Below are positions 37,843 through 47,699 of a stretch of DNA of 64,000 nucleotides, one piece after another (within the stretch, counting starts at the first letter, position 1; every line of letters starts with the position of its first letter). The stretch comes from an uncultured Nitrososphaerota archaeon (GTDB taxonomy: Archaea; Korarchaeota; Korarchaeia; Korarchaeales; Korarchaeaceae). The stretch is taken from assembly GCA_964594835.1 (NCBI GenBank), contig CAZQNA010000001.1, forward strand, positions 192,989 through 256,988. The letters are read 5' to 3'. Position numbers and translations under genes: made by a program. The notes beneath the pieces were generated by a model. It searched no databases. It saw only the letters and a program-made list of their open reading frames with translations, and had not been told where the DNA came from.

Positions 37843-38665
37843 CTACCTGACCGCCGCGGCCAAGTACGTGAAGGCCCTGACGACCCTGTAGGCCTCTAGT
37901 GCGTCCTCCGCCGAAAATCTGAGGGTCGTCGGGCTTGCCCTCAGGGACTCGGGTATCAGCTGGGCGACGTCGGCCATCCCGGGGTCCGCGAACTCAACCT
38001 CGACCTCCAGCGGACCTCCGGGGGATTCGACCTCCACTCCCCCCTCGGGCGCCCTCCCCACGGCCCTGAGCGCCGCCTCTTCCAGCCCCCAGGACCCTCC
38101 GGCGAGGCGGGCAAGCAGCGGCGTACCTGCCGAGGGACCTCTTCGTCACGACGACCTCGGCCTCTGGAGTGAAATCCCTCGCCTCCGCCGCGAGGGCATC
38201 GTCCCCTGAGACCAAGACCACCGGGACGCCCATATGGTGGGCCACCAGGGCGTTCAGCCCGAGTTCTCCCACCTCCCTTCCCCCCACCTTGACGCCCCTG
38301 AGGGTGCGCCCGCTGTAGGTATGGCTGAGCACTCCCCTCCCGCCAGACATGGCGTGGTAGCCAAGGAAGAACGCGCAGTCGAACTCGGAGGTAAGCCCCT
38401 CCAGCATCCCCATGGGCTTAGGAGATCCCGTAATGAGCGTCGCCCTCGGATGCAGCTCCTCTGGGATGAGGTTCCTCATGGTCCCGTGGGAGTCGTTCAC
38501 CACCACCTCCTCGGTCCCTGCCCTGACCGCCCCCTCGACGGCCGCGTTTACCTCCTCGGTCATCCACCTCCTGGCCCTCTCGTGCTCTCGACCCTCCCTC
38601 AGGGTGTGCTCCCCGTGGACGACCCCCCACACTCCCTCAAGGTCGGCGGACACGTAGACCCTCAA
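37843..38665 (-). pseudogene. dppA: M55 D-aminopeptidase (DppA), frameshifted near 38086-38090
   Basis: SADLEG, DSHG, GYHA and HTY motifs. The C-terminal domain continues in another frame after a G5 run. Confidence 0.75.
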
Positions 38666-38743
38666 GGTCGATCCCCTCTGGACGAGGGGCGGACGGCCTT
38701 AACGGTTCCAGCCGGTCCCCCTCGGGTCTGGCTGTCCTCCGAG

Positions 38744-39463
38744 TCAGGATGAGTCCGAGCACCCCGGCTGGCTGGGGCGGGCCAGCCTTATCTCCCCCGA
38801 GCGGTCGACCTCAAACTCGACGTAGTGGGCGGCTGGTGCGATTCCCCTGGACTTGACGACGATCATCTTCCTCACAACCCGGCCGCCCCTCCGCTCCCCC
38901 TCCAGTCTCAGAACGACGTCTGCTCGGCTCAGCAGGAAGGCGTGGTGCTCCCCGTATATCCTCAGTATGTCCTCGTCCAGGGCGACGACCAACAGCCTGC
39001 CCAGCTCCTTCGTCTCTCTACCCAGCTCCCCCGAGATCGTGCCCACGAGGAACGGGAGGCTCACCCTCGTGACCATGATTGAGGGGTCGTCCACTATGAC
39101 GACCGAAGGGTTCTGGCCCTCCACCTCGCTGAGCGTGGACACGAAGAGGCTCTCCGCCTCGACTTCGGTCCCGGGGTCGGTCAGGGAGAGAAGTCTGAGG
39201 GAGCCCGACCCCTCCAGCTCGCTCAGGTCGACCCCGAGCGTGGACACCTGGGCCTCGAACATGCTCTTTGGGGTGGGTATCGTGACGAAGACGACCCTCT
39301 CCCCGGAGGAGGCCATGTGGTGGGCCATCTTTATGCAGAAGAGGGTCTTCCCGGTCCCCGGACCTCCAAGGATAAGGACCGTGTACCCCCTCGGCAGGCC
39401 GCCCAGGGCGTAGTCTATCGGTTCCACCCCGGTCTCGATCCTGTCGGCTGGCCTGGCGGTCAC
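38744..39463 (-). CDS. KaiC/RAD55-family RecA-like ATPase
   Basis: IETGV...GGLPRG, GGPGTGKT, VIVDD, ADVVLRL and VVKSRG. Confidence 0.88.
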   Translation of the reverse strand: MTARPADRIETGVEPIDYALGGLPRGYTVLILGGPGTGKTLFCIKMAHHMASSGERVVFVTIPTPKSMFEAQVSTLGVDLSELEGSGSLRLLSLTDPGTEVEAESLFVSTLSEVEGQNPSVVIVDDPSIMVTRVSLPFLVGTISGELGRETKELGRLLVVALDEDILRIYGEHHAFLLSRADVVLRLEGERRGGRVVRKMIVVKSRGIAPAAHYVEFEVDRSGEIRLARPSQPGCSDSS

Positions 39464-39604
39464 CCCAGACCACCTCGAGGGGCCCCGTGGCGGGCCCCCC
39501 GACGCATATAAAGGCGCGTCCGCCTCAAACCCTGGGCGGCCCGTGGGCGGGCCGGGGTAGTTTGGGAGGAGGTCGAACAGCCCAATGCGCCCTCCCCTTG
39601 AATC

Positions 39605-40789
39605 GTGTCCCTCGCGGTCCCTTCTCAGGCGTCCACTCCTGCCGTATTACGGGAGTATTCACTCCGGCGCAAGGGGGAATTAAGCCAAGCCGTCCAGGCT
39701 GGCCTCAGGGTCTCGCTGAGGGTCGCCATCGTCGAGGCGGACCCTGCCAGGGCCGCCGCGCTCGATCAGCTGCTGGGCGCAGTCGGTGTTCCCCGTGAGA
39801 GGGTCCGTCGGCCGGATCCCGAGAGACACCCCGTGGCGGTGGTGCCGGCGCGCGTGGGGCCCCCCGATCCGACGGTGACCTCGATCGTCTTGGGCGCCAG
39901 GGGGGCGGACGGGGGGACGGGCCTGGGATCGTCCCCGGGGACCTCGTCAGGCGTCGTGAGGGCTTTCGGGAGGGTCTTCCCGGTCGCTGGCCCGATGTAC
40001 ACCCCGCCCGGTTCTCGGGTGGACTCTAACGGGTTCATCTCTGCCGCTGGGGATGCGATCTACCTCGGACTGGACCCTGTCTCCTCCGCCCTCGAGTTCT
40101 ACTCCGGGAGGGGAGGCCCGTGCGGTCGGGGGGTCCCTCCCCTGGACTCTATGGCCGACCTCCTGAGGAGGCTGATGGAGGCCTGCTACTACTCCTGGGA
40201 CCTTCCCTTCGTGAGGCTGTGGCCCCACCCGCTGGGGGCCGACTACTCTCTGGTCGGCACGCCACGCAGAAGGCTGAGCCCAGCCCCCGACGGATCCCAC
40301 TGGATAGAGTTCATCAGGTCAGGCGGCAGGGGGGTGGTGACCTCCCTCCGGTCGGTCGGGGACAGGCCCTGCGCCGGGACTACGTTCCCCTTCCGTCCCA
40401 TGCCGAGGGGTCAGCCCCTCCCGATCCTGGAGATCCCTCAGTCCAGGCTCACCGTGGAGACGAGGAGCTGGGGGCTCGTGGCCCTCTCCTCCGGTCCCAG
40501 GGGGGCGAGCTCGTCCGCCGACCCCAGGGCCTACGCGTCGTGGTGGGTCGGGAGGCTGTCGGTCGAGGTGAACCCAGGGTTCGACGGCAGGGAGCTCTGG
40601 GTGGACCTGAACGCCGAGGGACCCATCAGGGGGATCGCCGTCGAGATCTCCGTGGCGCCCGGGTGGGCCATCGGCGCGGTCGAGTGTAGGGGCCTCGTGA
40701 GGGTGAGGAGGGTTGGCGAGTCGAGGGTGGTTGTCATCGTCGGAGAGCTGGCGGGACGCGAGGAGGTCAGGGCGGCCGTCAGGAGGTAG
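39605..40789 (+). CDS. Hypothetical protein (start uncertain)
   Basis: Longest ORF in the interval, with GC3 bias; FVRLWPHP segment. Confidence 0.5.
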   Translation: MSLAVPSQASTPAVLREYSLRRKGELSQAVQAGLRVSLRVAIVEADPARAAALDQLLGAVGVPRERVRRPDPERHPVAVVPARVGPPDPTVTSIVLGARGADGGTGLGSSPGTSSGVVRAFGRVFPVAGPMYTPPGSRVDSNGFISAAGDAIYLGLDPVSSALEFYSGRGGPCGRGVPPLDSMADLLRRLMEACYYSWDLPFVRLWPHPLGADYSLVGTPRRRLSPAPDGSHWIEFIRSGGRGVVTSLRSVGDRPCAGTTFPFRPMPRGQPLPILEIPQSRLTVETRSWGLVALSSGPRGASSSADPRAYASWWVGRLSVEVNPGFDGRELWVDLNAEGPIRGIAVEISVAPGWAIGAVECRGLVRVRRVGESRVVVIVGELAGREEVRAAVRR

Positions 40790-40919
40790 GCGCGCCGAGG
40801 GGTCGGCAAGCCGACCGTCGGCCACCCCGGGCGCCCAGCAAGTCGGCCTCCTCATCCCCCGGCGACCCTAGGGGCGGACCCACCTTATTATATTCAGGCG
40901 TCAGTCCCCCCGATCCGCC

Positions 40920-41159
40920 ATGCCTGTGGAGGCCTACACGGCGGTGAAGGTGAAGCCCCCGAAGGCGCCCAAGTTCAAGGAGGTCTTCCCCACGCTCAAC
41001 AACGTGGTCGAGGTGCTCTACGTCACTGGGCCCTTCGACTTCCTCCTGAGGATAGTCGCGGACAACACCTTCGAACTCTCGAAGGTTCTGGAGGACATAA
41101 GGTCCGACGAGGACGTCGTGGAGACCGTGACCTTCATAGTCCTGGAGAGGCTGAAGTGA
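40920..41159 (+). CDS. Stand-alone Lrp/AsnC ligand-binding (RAM) domain protein
   Basis: VTGPFDFLL...TVTFIVL; upstream TTATATAT. Confidence 0.85.
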   Translation: MPVEAYTAVKVKPPKAPKFKEVFPTLNNVVEVLYVTGPFDFLLRIVADNTFELSKVLEDIRSDEDVVETVTFIVLERLK

Positions 41160-41680
41160 CCGGGGAGGAGAGGCAGGTAAGGCTGTTCATACTCAGGCTG
41201 GAGCACGACGACCCCAGGAAGGCCACCGGCGTCAGGCTGATCAGGAGAGGCATCGCCTTGAGGGTCAGGAGGGCTCCCAGGGGGGCCGTCGTCCTGGATC
41301 CCACCTCCCCAGTCCACCTCAGCCGGGCGGACAGGGCCGCCGCGGAGGCCAGGGGGCTCGTGGCCGTCGACGCGTCCTGGCGTCGAATAGACGAGGTGCG
41401 GTGGCCGAGGGGGAGGAGGAGAGTCCTCCCGCTGCTGGTGGCCGTCAACCCGATAAATTACGGGCGGCCCTTCAGGCTCTCCACCGCGGAGGCTATCGCC
41501 GCGGCCCTCTTCATCATGGGGTGGAGGGAGCTGGCCGAGGAGGTGCTGGCGCAGTTCAAGTGGGGACCAGAGTTCCTAAGGCTGAACGAAGATTGGCTCG
41601 AGGCCTACTCTCACGCTGAGGGTCCAGAGGAGGTGGAGAAGCTCAGCAGGAGGTTCTACGAGGAGCTGGCGGGGGACTGA
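41156..41680 (+). CDS. tsr3: 16S rRNA aminocarboxypropyltransferase Tsr3
   Basis: DDPRKATG, DASW, LPLLVAVNPINYG, LSTAEA and FKWGPEFLRLN. Confidence 0.92.
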   Translation: MTGEERQVRLFILRLEHDDPRKATGVRLIRRGIALRVRRAPRGAVVLDPTSPVHLSRADRAAAEARGLVAVDASWRRIDEVRWPRGRRRVLPLLVAVNPINYGRPFRLSTAEAIAAALFIMGWRELAEEVLAQFKWGPEFLRLNEDWLEAYSHAEGPEEVEKLSRRFYEELAGD

Positions 41681-41683
41681 TCC

Positions 41684-42112
41684 ATGGGCTCTCCTCCAGA
41701 GTGGGTCGGCCGCCTGCTCGCGGCCCTCGGCGACGTGGCCACGGTCACCGTCTCCGGGGGGAGGGTCCGCGTCAGAGTGAGGTACGACCCGGCCAGAGAC
41801 CTCAGGCTCAGGCTGAGGAGGGCCCTGGCTAGGCTCAACTCCCCTCCGAGGGGGGCGCCCGACGGACTGGACAGGAGGACCTCAGATGACCTTGTGAATC
41901 AGCTGAGGGGGCTGATCAGGCGATCCCTTGACATCTACGTGGCCTGGGACCTCTCCCTCCCGCTCAGCCCACCCGACGGGATGGTGGAGGGGATAGTCTC
42001 CAGTATCTCGGAGGAGATCGATAGGGCCATGAAAGAGGCTGAATCACTTCAATCCGTGGCCAGGAAGGTCCTGGCGTACGTGAACGAGTTCTTGAGGGCT
42101 TCGGGCAGGTGA
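41684..42112 (+). CDS. Hypothetical protein
   Basis: 142 aa, 3 nt after tsr3, helical. Confidence 0.55.
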   Translation: MGSPPEWVGRLLAALGDVATVTVSGGRVRVRVRYDPARDLRLRLRRALARLNSPPRGAPDGLDRRTSDDLVNQLRGLIRRSLDIYVAWDLSLPLSPPDGMVEGIVSSISEEIDRAMKEAESLQSVARKVLAYVNEFLRASGR

Positions 42113-42168
42113 GCGCGGGGTCGAGTTGGGGTTAAATCGGTGCCCCGGCGCGCCGCGCCGGTAGGTGC

Positions 42169-42438
42169 ATGGGGCAGTACAGAGGCGACAACCCCATCCT
42201 GAACGGCCTGCTTGGGTATCTCTCCAAGTTGGGCAAAATAGAGAGCGTAGAGGAGTCAGATGCCTTCCTGCCGGACGGGACGAGGACGATCTCCTACGAG
42301 GTGCTGGTGAGGTCCAACGGGCCCATAGACCTGGTCGAGCTGGAGAGTTCCGTCAGCAGGATGGGGTTCGTCGCCACCACGTCCCAGAAGCCCCGATCCA
42401 GGGTGATCAGGATATGCCTGTGGCAGGTCGAGCCGTGA
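42169..42438 (+). CDS. Hypothetical protein
   Basis: 89 aa alpha/beta ORF with RBS-like AGGTG and upstream TTAAAT. Confidence 0.55.
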   Translation: MGQYRGDNPILNGLLGYLSKLGKIESVEESDAFLPDGTRTISYEVLVRSNGPIDLVELESSVSRMGFVATTSQKPRSRVIRICLWQVEP

Positions 42439-42463
42439 CCCCGGCAGGGAGGGCGAGCCCCTC

Positions 42464-43120
42464 ATGAGAATAGTCTTCGACGGCCTGACGACCATCCTTC
42501 AGGATTCTGGAAGCCTCCCGATCTGCTACCTGGCCGCCCTCAGGGAGCTGGGGGTCGAGCTGTCGCGGGCAAAGAAGATGGCCAGGGATCTCGCCCTCCT
42601 GGAGTCTCTCAGGCGCTCCTCTGGGGTGGTGGACAGGGGGGAGATCCTGAGGAAGTATCTGGCGGAGAGGGGCCTCACGCCGACCCCCGAGGACGTTAGT
42701 AGAGCCCTCCTGGCCTTCACGGAGGTCTGGTCGTCCACCGTCTCACCCGTCGGGGGGGCCAGGAGCCTCCTGTCATCCCTCAGGAGGATGGGCGCCTCCA
42801 CAGGGATCCTGTTCATCGGGGTGGAGGCCGGTGAGAGGGCGCCCTCGGAGGTCCTCAGGGCCACCGGGCTCGCCGGGCTGGTCGACGCCGCCCTTTACTC
42901 CGGCCGGGAGGGGTGGCTGGAGTCGCTCAAGAGGATCCTCTCCGCGCTGACAGGCGGATCCCCCGACGTCTTCGTCACGGGCGCGGCCGAGAGGGCCATC
43001 GCCAGCTCCCAGCTGGGGGTGACCCCAGTCTTCCTCGGTCAGAGGGAGTCGGTCACCAGGGTCCCCAGGGCCTCGGGGTTCGGGGAGCTGCTCAAGCTCC
43101 TGGAGGGTCTGAGCCGCTGA
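42464..43120 (+). CDS. Degenerate HAD-superfamily protein
   Basis: MRIVFDGLTTI (motif I lacks the second Asp) and HAD-like layout; motifs III and IV eroded. Confidence 0.55.
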   Translation: MRIVFDGLTTILQDSGSLPICYLAALRELGVELSRAKKMARDLALLESLRRSSGVVDRGEILRKYLAERGLTPTPEDVSRALLAFTEVWSSTVSPVGGARSLLSSLRRMGASTGILFIGVEAGERAPSEVLRATGLAGLVDAALYSGREGWLESLKRILSALTGGSPDVFVTGAAERAIASSQLGVTPVFLGQRESVTRVPRASGFGELLKLLEGLSR

Positions 43121-43126
43121 GGCACG

Positions 43127-44296
43127 TCAGCGCGAGCCCCGGACCCCCCTGCCCCAGATCAGCCGGGCCAGGGGGACCATGGCCACGAGGGCCAGGGAGC
43201 CCGAGAGTCCAAAGGCGGCCCTGGCGCCGAGGGCGTCGTAGACGAGGCCGAAGGCCAGGTTCCCGGGCATGGTGGCTATCCCCTTGGTCGCGTGGAACGC
43301 CCCGTAGGCGGTCCCCCTCAGGTCCTCCGGGACGAGGGCCGGCAGAGCCGCCCTCTCCAGCGTGTCTACCAGGGCCATGTACACCCCGAAGGCCACGACC
43401 GCCGCAGGCCCGGTCCACCTGCTCTCGGTCGACGCTATCAGCGCGGTGATGGCCAGGCTCGCGTACCCGAGGAGCAGGGCCCTGAGGTTCCCTATCCTGT
43501 CCCCCAGGGTTCCCACGGGGATAGCGGAGGAGCTGTACACCAGGTTCGCCGCGACGTAGAGGGCTATCGCGCCGCCGACGCCCCACCCAAGCTCCACCAG
43601 CCGGGTCAGCAGGAAGGCGTAGCTGAACTGGGCCACGCTGAAGACCGCCACGGACACGAGGTAAAGCCGGAACTCCGGCGTTAGGGCCCCCCTGGCCGGT
43701 GGGGCCTTCCTCCTCTCCCTTGGCCTGACCTCCACGACCAGCGCGGCCAGGACGAGGACCCCCATCAGGCCAGGTACCGCGGAGGCCGCGAAGGTCCCCC
43801 TGTACCCAACCCTGGGTATCAGGGCGAGCGCCAAGAGGGGTCCTATCACCGCTCCGGCCGTGTCCATCGCCCTGTGCAGGCCGAAGGCCCTCCCCCTGTA
43901 CTCCTCGGTCACGCTGTCAGCGATGAGGGCGTCCCTAGGAGAGGTCCTGATCCCCTTGCCCACCCTGTCCCCCACCCTGACGGCCAGGGCGTGCCACCAG
44001 CTCGTGGCGAGGGCCAGAATGGGCTTCAGCACGGCGGAGATCCCGTAGCCGAGCACGGCCAGGGGCTTCCGCCTCCCCATGACGTCGCTGAGCCTCCCAG
44101 AGGCCGCCTTCAGCAAGCTGGCCGTGAGCTCGGCCGACCCCTCGATGGCCCCGAGGGCCGCCATGCCGCTCCCCAGCTCCTGGGTCAAGAAGAACGGGAG
44201 GCCGGCGAGCACCATCTCGGTGCTGACGTCCGTCAGGAGGCTGGTCAGCCCCATGGCCACGACGTTTCTCCTTCCCACGCTCTGAGAGTCGCCCAC
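43127..44296 (-). CDS. MFS transporter
   Basis: DVSTEM, GRLSDVMGRRK, DRVGKGIRTSPRDALIA and FGLHRAMD. Confidence 0.9.
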   Translation of the reverse strand: MGDSQSVGRRNVVAMGLTSLLTDVSTEMVLAGLPFFLTQELGSGMAALGAIEGSAELTASLLKAASGRLSDVMGRRKPLAVLGYGISAVLKPILALATSWWHALAVRVGDRVGKGIRTSPRDALIADSVTEEYRGRAFGLHRAMDTAGAVIGPLLALALIPRVGYRGTFAASAVPGLMGVLVLAALVVEVRPRERRKAPPARGALTPEFRLYLVSVAVFSVAQFSYAFLLTRLVELGWGVGGAIALYVAANLVYSSSAIPVGTLGDRIGNLRALLLGYASLAITALIASTESRWTGPAAVVAFGVYMALVDTLERAALPALVPEDLRGTAYGAFHATKGIATMPGNLAFGLVYDALGARAAFGLSGSLALVAMVPLARLIWGRGVRGSR

Positions 44297-44390
44297 GGGC
44301 CTCCCGCGTTGATCGTTAGAATTAAGCGCTCTCCTCCGCCGGTCGGCTAAGGTTAATTTTCGCCCCGACCGCCGGCACATCCGATAGGCG

Positions 44391-45209
44391 TTGCTGAGAG
44401 AGAGGCTCCGCCCCTACGTCGAGAGGGCTGACAGGGCCCTCTCAAGGCTCCTGTCCCAGCACGGGTCTTCTCCGTTCGCCGCCCCCCTCGTGGAGTTCGT
44501 GTCCGGGGGCAAAAGGGTCAGGCCGGTCCTCCTCTACCTCAGCCACGAGGCCTGCGGGGGCGGGGCGGAGCCGGATCCCGACCCGGCCGCGGCGGCCGTC
44601 GAGCTGATACACACGGCCTCCCTCATACATGACGACCTCATAGACGGCGACCAGGTCCGGAGGGGAAGGCCGTCCTTCCACGCGAGGTTTGGACGGGACC
44701 TGGCGATCCTGGTATCGGACTTCGTCCTCTCGCTGGTCCTCGACATCACCGCAGACTACGGGGACTCGAGGGTCGCGAGGGTCCTGGCCCGGGCCACGAG
44801 GGTGATGAGCGAGGGGGAGGCCGAGGAGGCCAGGATCAGGTCAAGGGGTGATCGGATATCGTTTGAGACCTACCTGCGCATACTGGAGGCCAAGACGGCC
44901 TCGCTCTTCAGCGCATCGGCCGAGCTGGGCGCCATCCTCGCCGGGGCTGGGGCGGACGTCGTCGACGGCATGGCGGAGTTCGGCAGGCTGGTGGGCCTGG
45001 CCTATCAGCTAAGGGACGACCTCCTGGACCTAGGCAGGCCCGGCGAGATAAGCTCCCTGGTGGACGCCAGCCCGGTGGGTTCCATAGGGGCGGCCTCGGA
45101 AGAGTTCACGGGGAGGGCGGTGGAGCTCCTGGAGGGGCTGGTCCCCCCCTCCAGCGCCAGGGATCTCCTCCGAGAGGTCGCCGCCTTCGCCACGAGGTGG
45201 GAGGGTTGA
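44391..45209 (+). CDS. Polyprenyl diphosphate synthase
   Basis: GGKRVRP, LIHDDLIDGDQVRRG, KTA and YQLRDDLLD. Confidence 0.9.
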   Translation: MLRERLRPYVERADRALSRLLSQHGSSPFAAPLVEFVSGGKRVRPVLLYLSHEACGGGAEPDPDPAAAAVELIHTASLIHDDLIDGDQVRRGRPSFHARFGRDLAILVSDFVLSLVLDITADYGDSRVARVLARATRVMSEGEAEEARIRSRGDRISFETYLRILEAKTASLFSASAELGAILAGAGADVVDGMAEFGRLVGLAYQLRDDLLDLGRPGEISSLVDASPVGSIGAASEEFTGRAVELLEGLVPPSSARDLLREVAAFATRWEG

Positions 45210-45931
45210 GCGCCGGCCTCCCCCGAGACCTCTGGGGGAGGGTCGAGGAGCGCCTGAGGGACCTCAGGGACATCTACGAGAGGGCCAACGTGGCCATGTC
45301 CCTGGGGATCGCCGGAAGGCTCAGGAGGAGGCTGATATCCGAGCTGTCCCCAAGGTCCGGTGAGTCCGCTCTGGACGCCGGCTGCGGCCCCGGACAATCC
45401 TCGGAGCTACTTGCCGCATCCATCTCCCCCGGAGGGACGCTTATCCTCCTGGATCCGCTCGAGGAGATGCTCTCTGAGGCCAGGAGGAGGGCGGTCTCGG
45501 CGGGCCAAGGCGTGGCGGTCCTCTGCGTCAGGGCGAGGTTCGAGGACATACCCCTCGCGGACGGGGCGGTTGACCTCGCGGTCACCTCCTACTCCCTGAG
45601 GGACGCGATCGACAGGAGGGAGGCCCTGGCCGAGCTGAGGCGAGTCCTCAGGGTCGGCGGGAGGCTGGGCATCGTCGACCTCACCAGGCCCGACGGTAGG
45701 GTCCTAGACGCCCTGGCCGGCTGCTACGTCAGGTGGGCGGCCCCGGCCCTGGCGGGGCTAGCGTCCGGGAGGCTGAGCCCCTCCCCGTGGAGGGAGATCT
45801 ATCCAACCTACAGGGGGATGTGGACCTCCTCCGAGCTCGTGAGGGAGGTGTCGAGGCTCTTCGAGGTGAGGAGGGTCTTCAGGTCCGCCCTCGGGGCCTT
45901 CACCGGGGTGGTCGCGGAGAGGGTGCGGTGA
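45206..45931 (+). CDS. UbiE/MenG-family SAM methyltransferase
   Basis: YERANVAMSLG, LDAGCGPG and ELRRVLRVGG; TTGA overlap with the prenyl synthase. Confidence 0.8.
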   Translation: MSAGLPRDLWGRVEERLRDLRDIYERANVAMSLGIAGRLRRRLISELSPRSGESALDAGCGPGQSSELLAASISPGGTLILLDPLEEMLSEARRRAVSAGQGVAVLCVRARFEDIPLADGAVDLAVTSYSLRDAIDRREALAELRRVLRVGGRLGIVDLTRPDGRVLDALAGCYVRWAAPALAGLASGRLSPSPWREIYPTYRGMWTSSELVREVSRLFEVRRVFRSALGAFTGVVAERVR

Positions 45932-45966
45932 AATTTTTTCCATCTCCGCGGGGGGACCATCGGAGG

Positions 45967-47694
45967 ATGCCGAAATACGACCTCGCCCTATTCCACGCTC
46001 CCAGCGTGTTCGACTTCAGGCGCAGGGCCATGATGAAGTGTCTGACCAGCGAGGTGGTCCCCTCCTTCCAGGTGTTCGACATGTACCCCTACGGGTTCCT
46101 CACCCTCTCCACTTGGCTCTCCAGGAGGGGGAGGAAGGTGGGCATATTCAACCTGGCCTCAAAGATGATCCTCGACCCCGACTACGATCCGGTGCGGACG
46201 ATCCGCTCCGTCAGGTCCCTGGTCTACGGGGTGGACCTCCACTGGCTGGTCCATGCACACGGGGCCCTGGAGGTGGCCAGGCTGATCAAGTCAGAGCACC
46301 CGGACTCGCTGGTGGTCTTGGGGGGGATCTCCGCTACCTACTTCTGGCGCGAGATCCTTGAGGCCCACCCCTACGTCGACGCGGTCGTCCTGGGAGACAC
46401 GACGGAAGAGACGGTCGAACAGATAGTGGAGAGGGCTGAGCGCGGGAGACGGCTGGACGGAATCCCCGGGGTTGCCTGGAGGGACGCCGACGGGAGGATC
46501 AGGCTCCAGCCCCCTCGAGACCCCCCTGAGTCCCTGGACCCCTACGAGGTTGAACACGGGATCCTGGTGAAGATGACGCTCAGGGAGAGGGACCTGGCCC
46601 TCGTTGCGCCCTGCGCCTCTTTCATCAGTACACCCATAGCCGCCGTCCTGACCGTCAAGGGCTGCACGTACAACTGCGTCACCTGCGGCGGCTCCAGGAG
46701 CGCCCAGGAGAGGATCTTCGGTAGGAGGGGGGTTGCCCTCAAGAGCCCGGAGGCCATAGCGAGGGAGGCCGAGTCCATCTCATCCATGTCCAAGATGACG
46801 ATATTCTTCATCGGGGACCTGAGGCTGGGTAGGGGGGAGGAGGGGGCCCTGGAGGTGGTGGAGGCTCTCAAGAGGGCCGACCTGGACAACCCACTGATGT
46901 TCGAGTTCTTCTATCCAGCCAGCAGGAGGCTCTTGGAGGCTCTGAGGTCCCTAGGAGACGACGTTTACATACAGATCTCACCCGAAAGCCAGGATGAGTC
47001 CGTGAGGCGAGCCTTCGGGAGGCTCTACGGCAACGAGGAGCTGGAGAAGATGGTGAGGGTCTCGGGGGAGCTCGGCTTCAGGAGGCTCGACCTGTACTTC
47101 ATGATGGGGCTCCCGAGGCAGACTCCCGATATAGCGGCTGGGGTCGCCGATTACGTGGATAGGCTCATCGAGCTGCACGGTGGAGACCGGATGGACGCCT
47201 TCACGGCCCCCCTTGCCCCTTTCGTCGACCCTGGGAGCCCGGCCTTTGAGCACCCGGTACCCTACGGATATGAGATCCTGTTCAGGGACCTTGAGTCCCA
47301 CCGCAGGGCCCTCGAGGAGCCCCACTGGGGCTTCACCCTCAACTACAGGACGAGGTGGATGGACCGGCCGGACATAGTCGAGGCCAGCCTGAACGCCTCC
47401 CTCAACCTGGCGAGGGTCAAGAGGGACAGGGGGATGATAGGGGAGGACCTCTACGAGATCATCCGCGAGAGGGTGGCGCTCGACAGGGAGATATTCTCCA
47501 GGCTTCAGAGGGGCCCGCTCACGCCGGAGGAGGAGTCCAAGTTCCTGGAGAGGGCCAGAGAGCTGGTCACGGACAAGGAGGTGGCCATAAACAGGGAACT
47601 CTACCCGTCCACTCCGCTCAGCGAGTCCCTGAGACTCCCGCCTCCCCTGAACTTCCTCGTCTCCAGGGTAATAGGGCGGATCAAGTTGGCTTGA
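45967..47694 (+). CDS. B12-binding radical SAM protein (TIGR04190/Ta0216-like)
   Basis: HAPSVFDFR, DLHWLVHAHG, KGCTYNCVTCGGS and APFVDPGS. Confidence 0.85.
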   Translation: MPKYDLALFHAPSVFDFRRRAMMKCLTSEVVPSFQVFDMYPYGFLTLSTWLSRRGRKVGIFNLASKMILDPDYDPVRTIRSVRSLVYGVDLHWLVHAHGALEVARLIKSEHPDSLVVLGGISATYFWREILEAHPYVDAVVLGDTTEETVEQIVERAERGRRLDGIPGVAWRDADGRIRLQPPRDPPESLDPYEVEHGILVKMTLRERDLALVAPCASFISTPIAAVLTVKGCTYNCVTCGGSRSAQERIFGRRGVALKSPEAIAREAESISSMSKMTIFFIGDLRLGRGEEGALEVVEALKRADLDNPLMFEFFYPASRRLLEALRSLGDDVYIQISPESQDESVRRAFGRLYGNEELEKMVRVSGELGFRRLDLYFMMGLPRQTPDIAAGVADYVDRLIELHGGDRMDAFTAPLAPFVDPGSPAFEHPVPYGYEILFRDLESHRRALEEPHWGFTLNYRTRWMDRPDIVEASLNASLNLARVKRDRGMIGEDLYEIIRERVALDREIFSRLQRGPLTPEEESKFLERARELVTDKEVAINRELYPSTPLSESLRLPPPLNFLVSRVIGRIKLA

Positions 47695-47699
47695 TCTGT

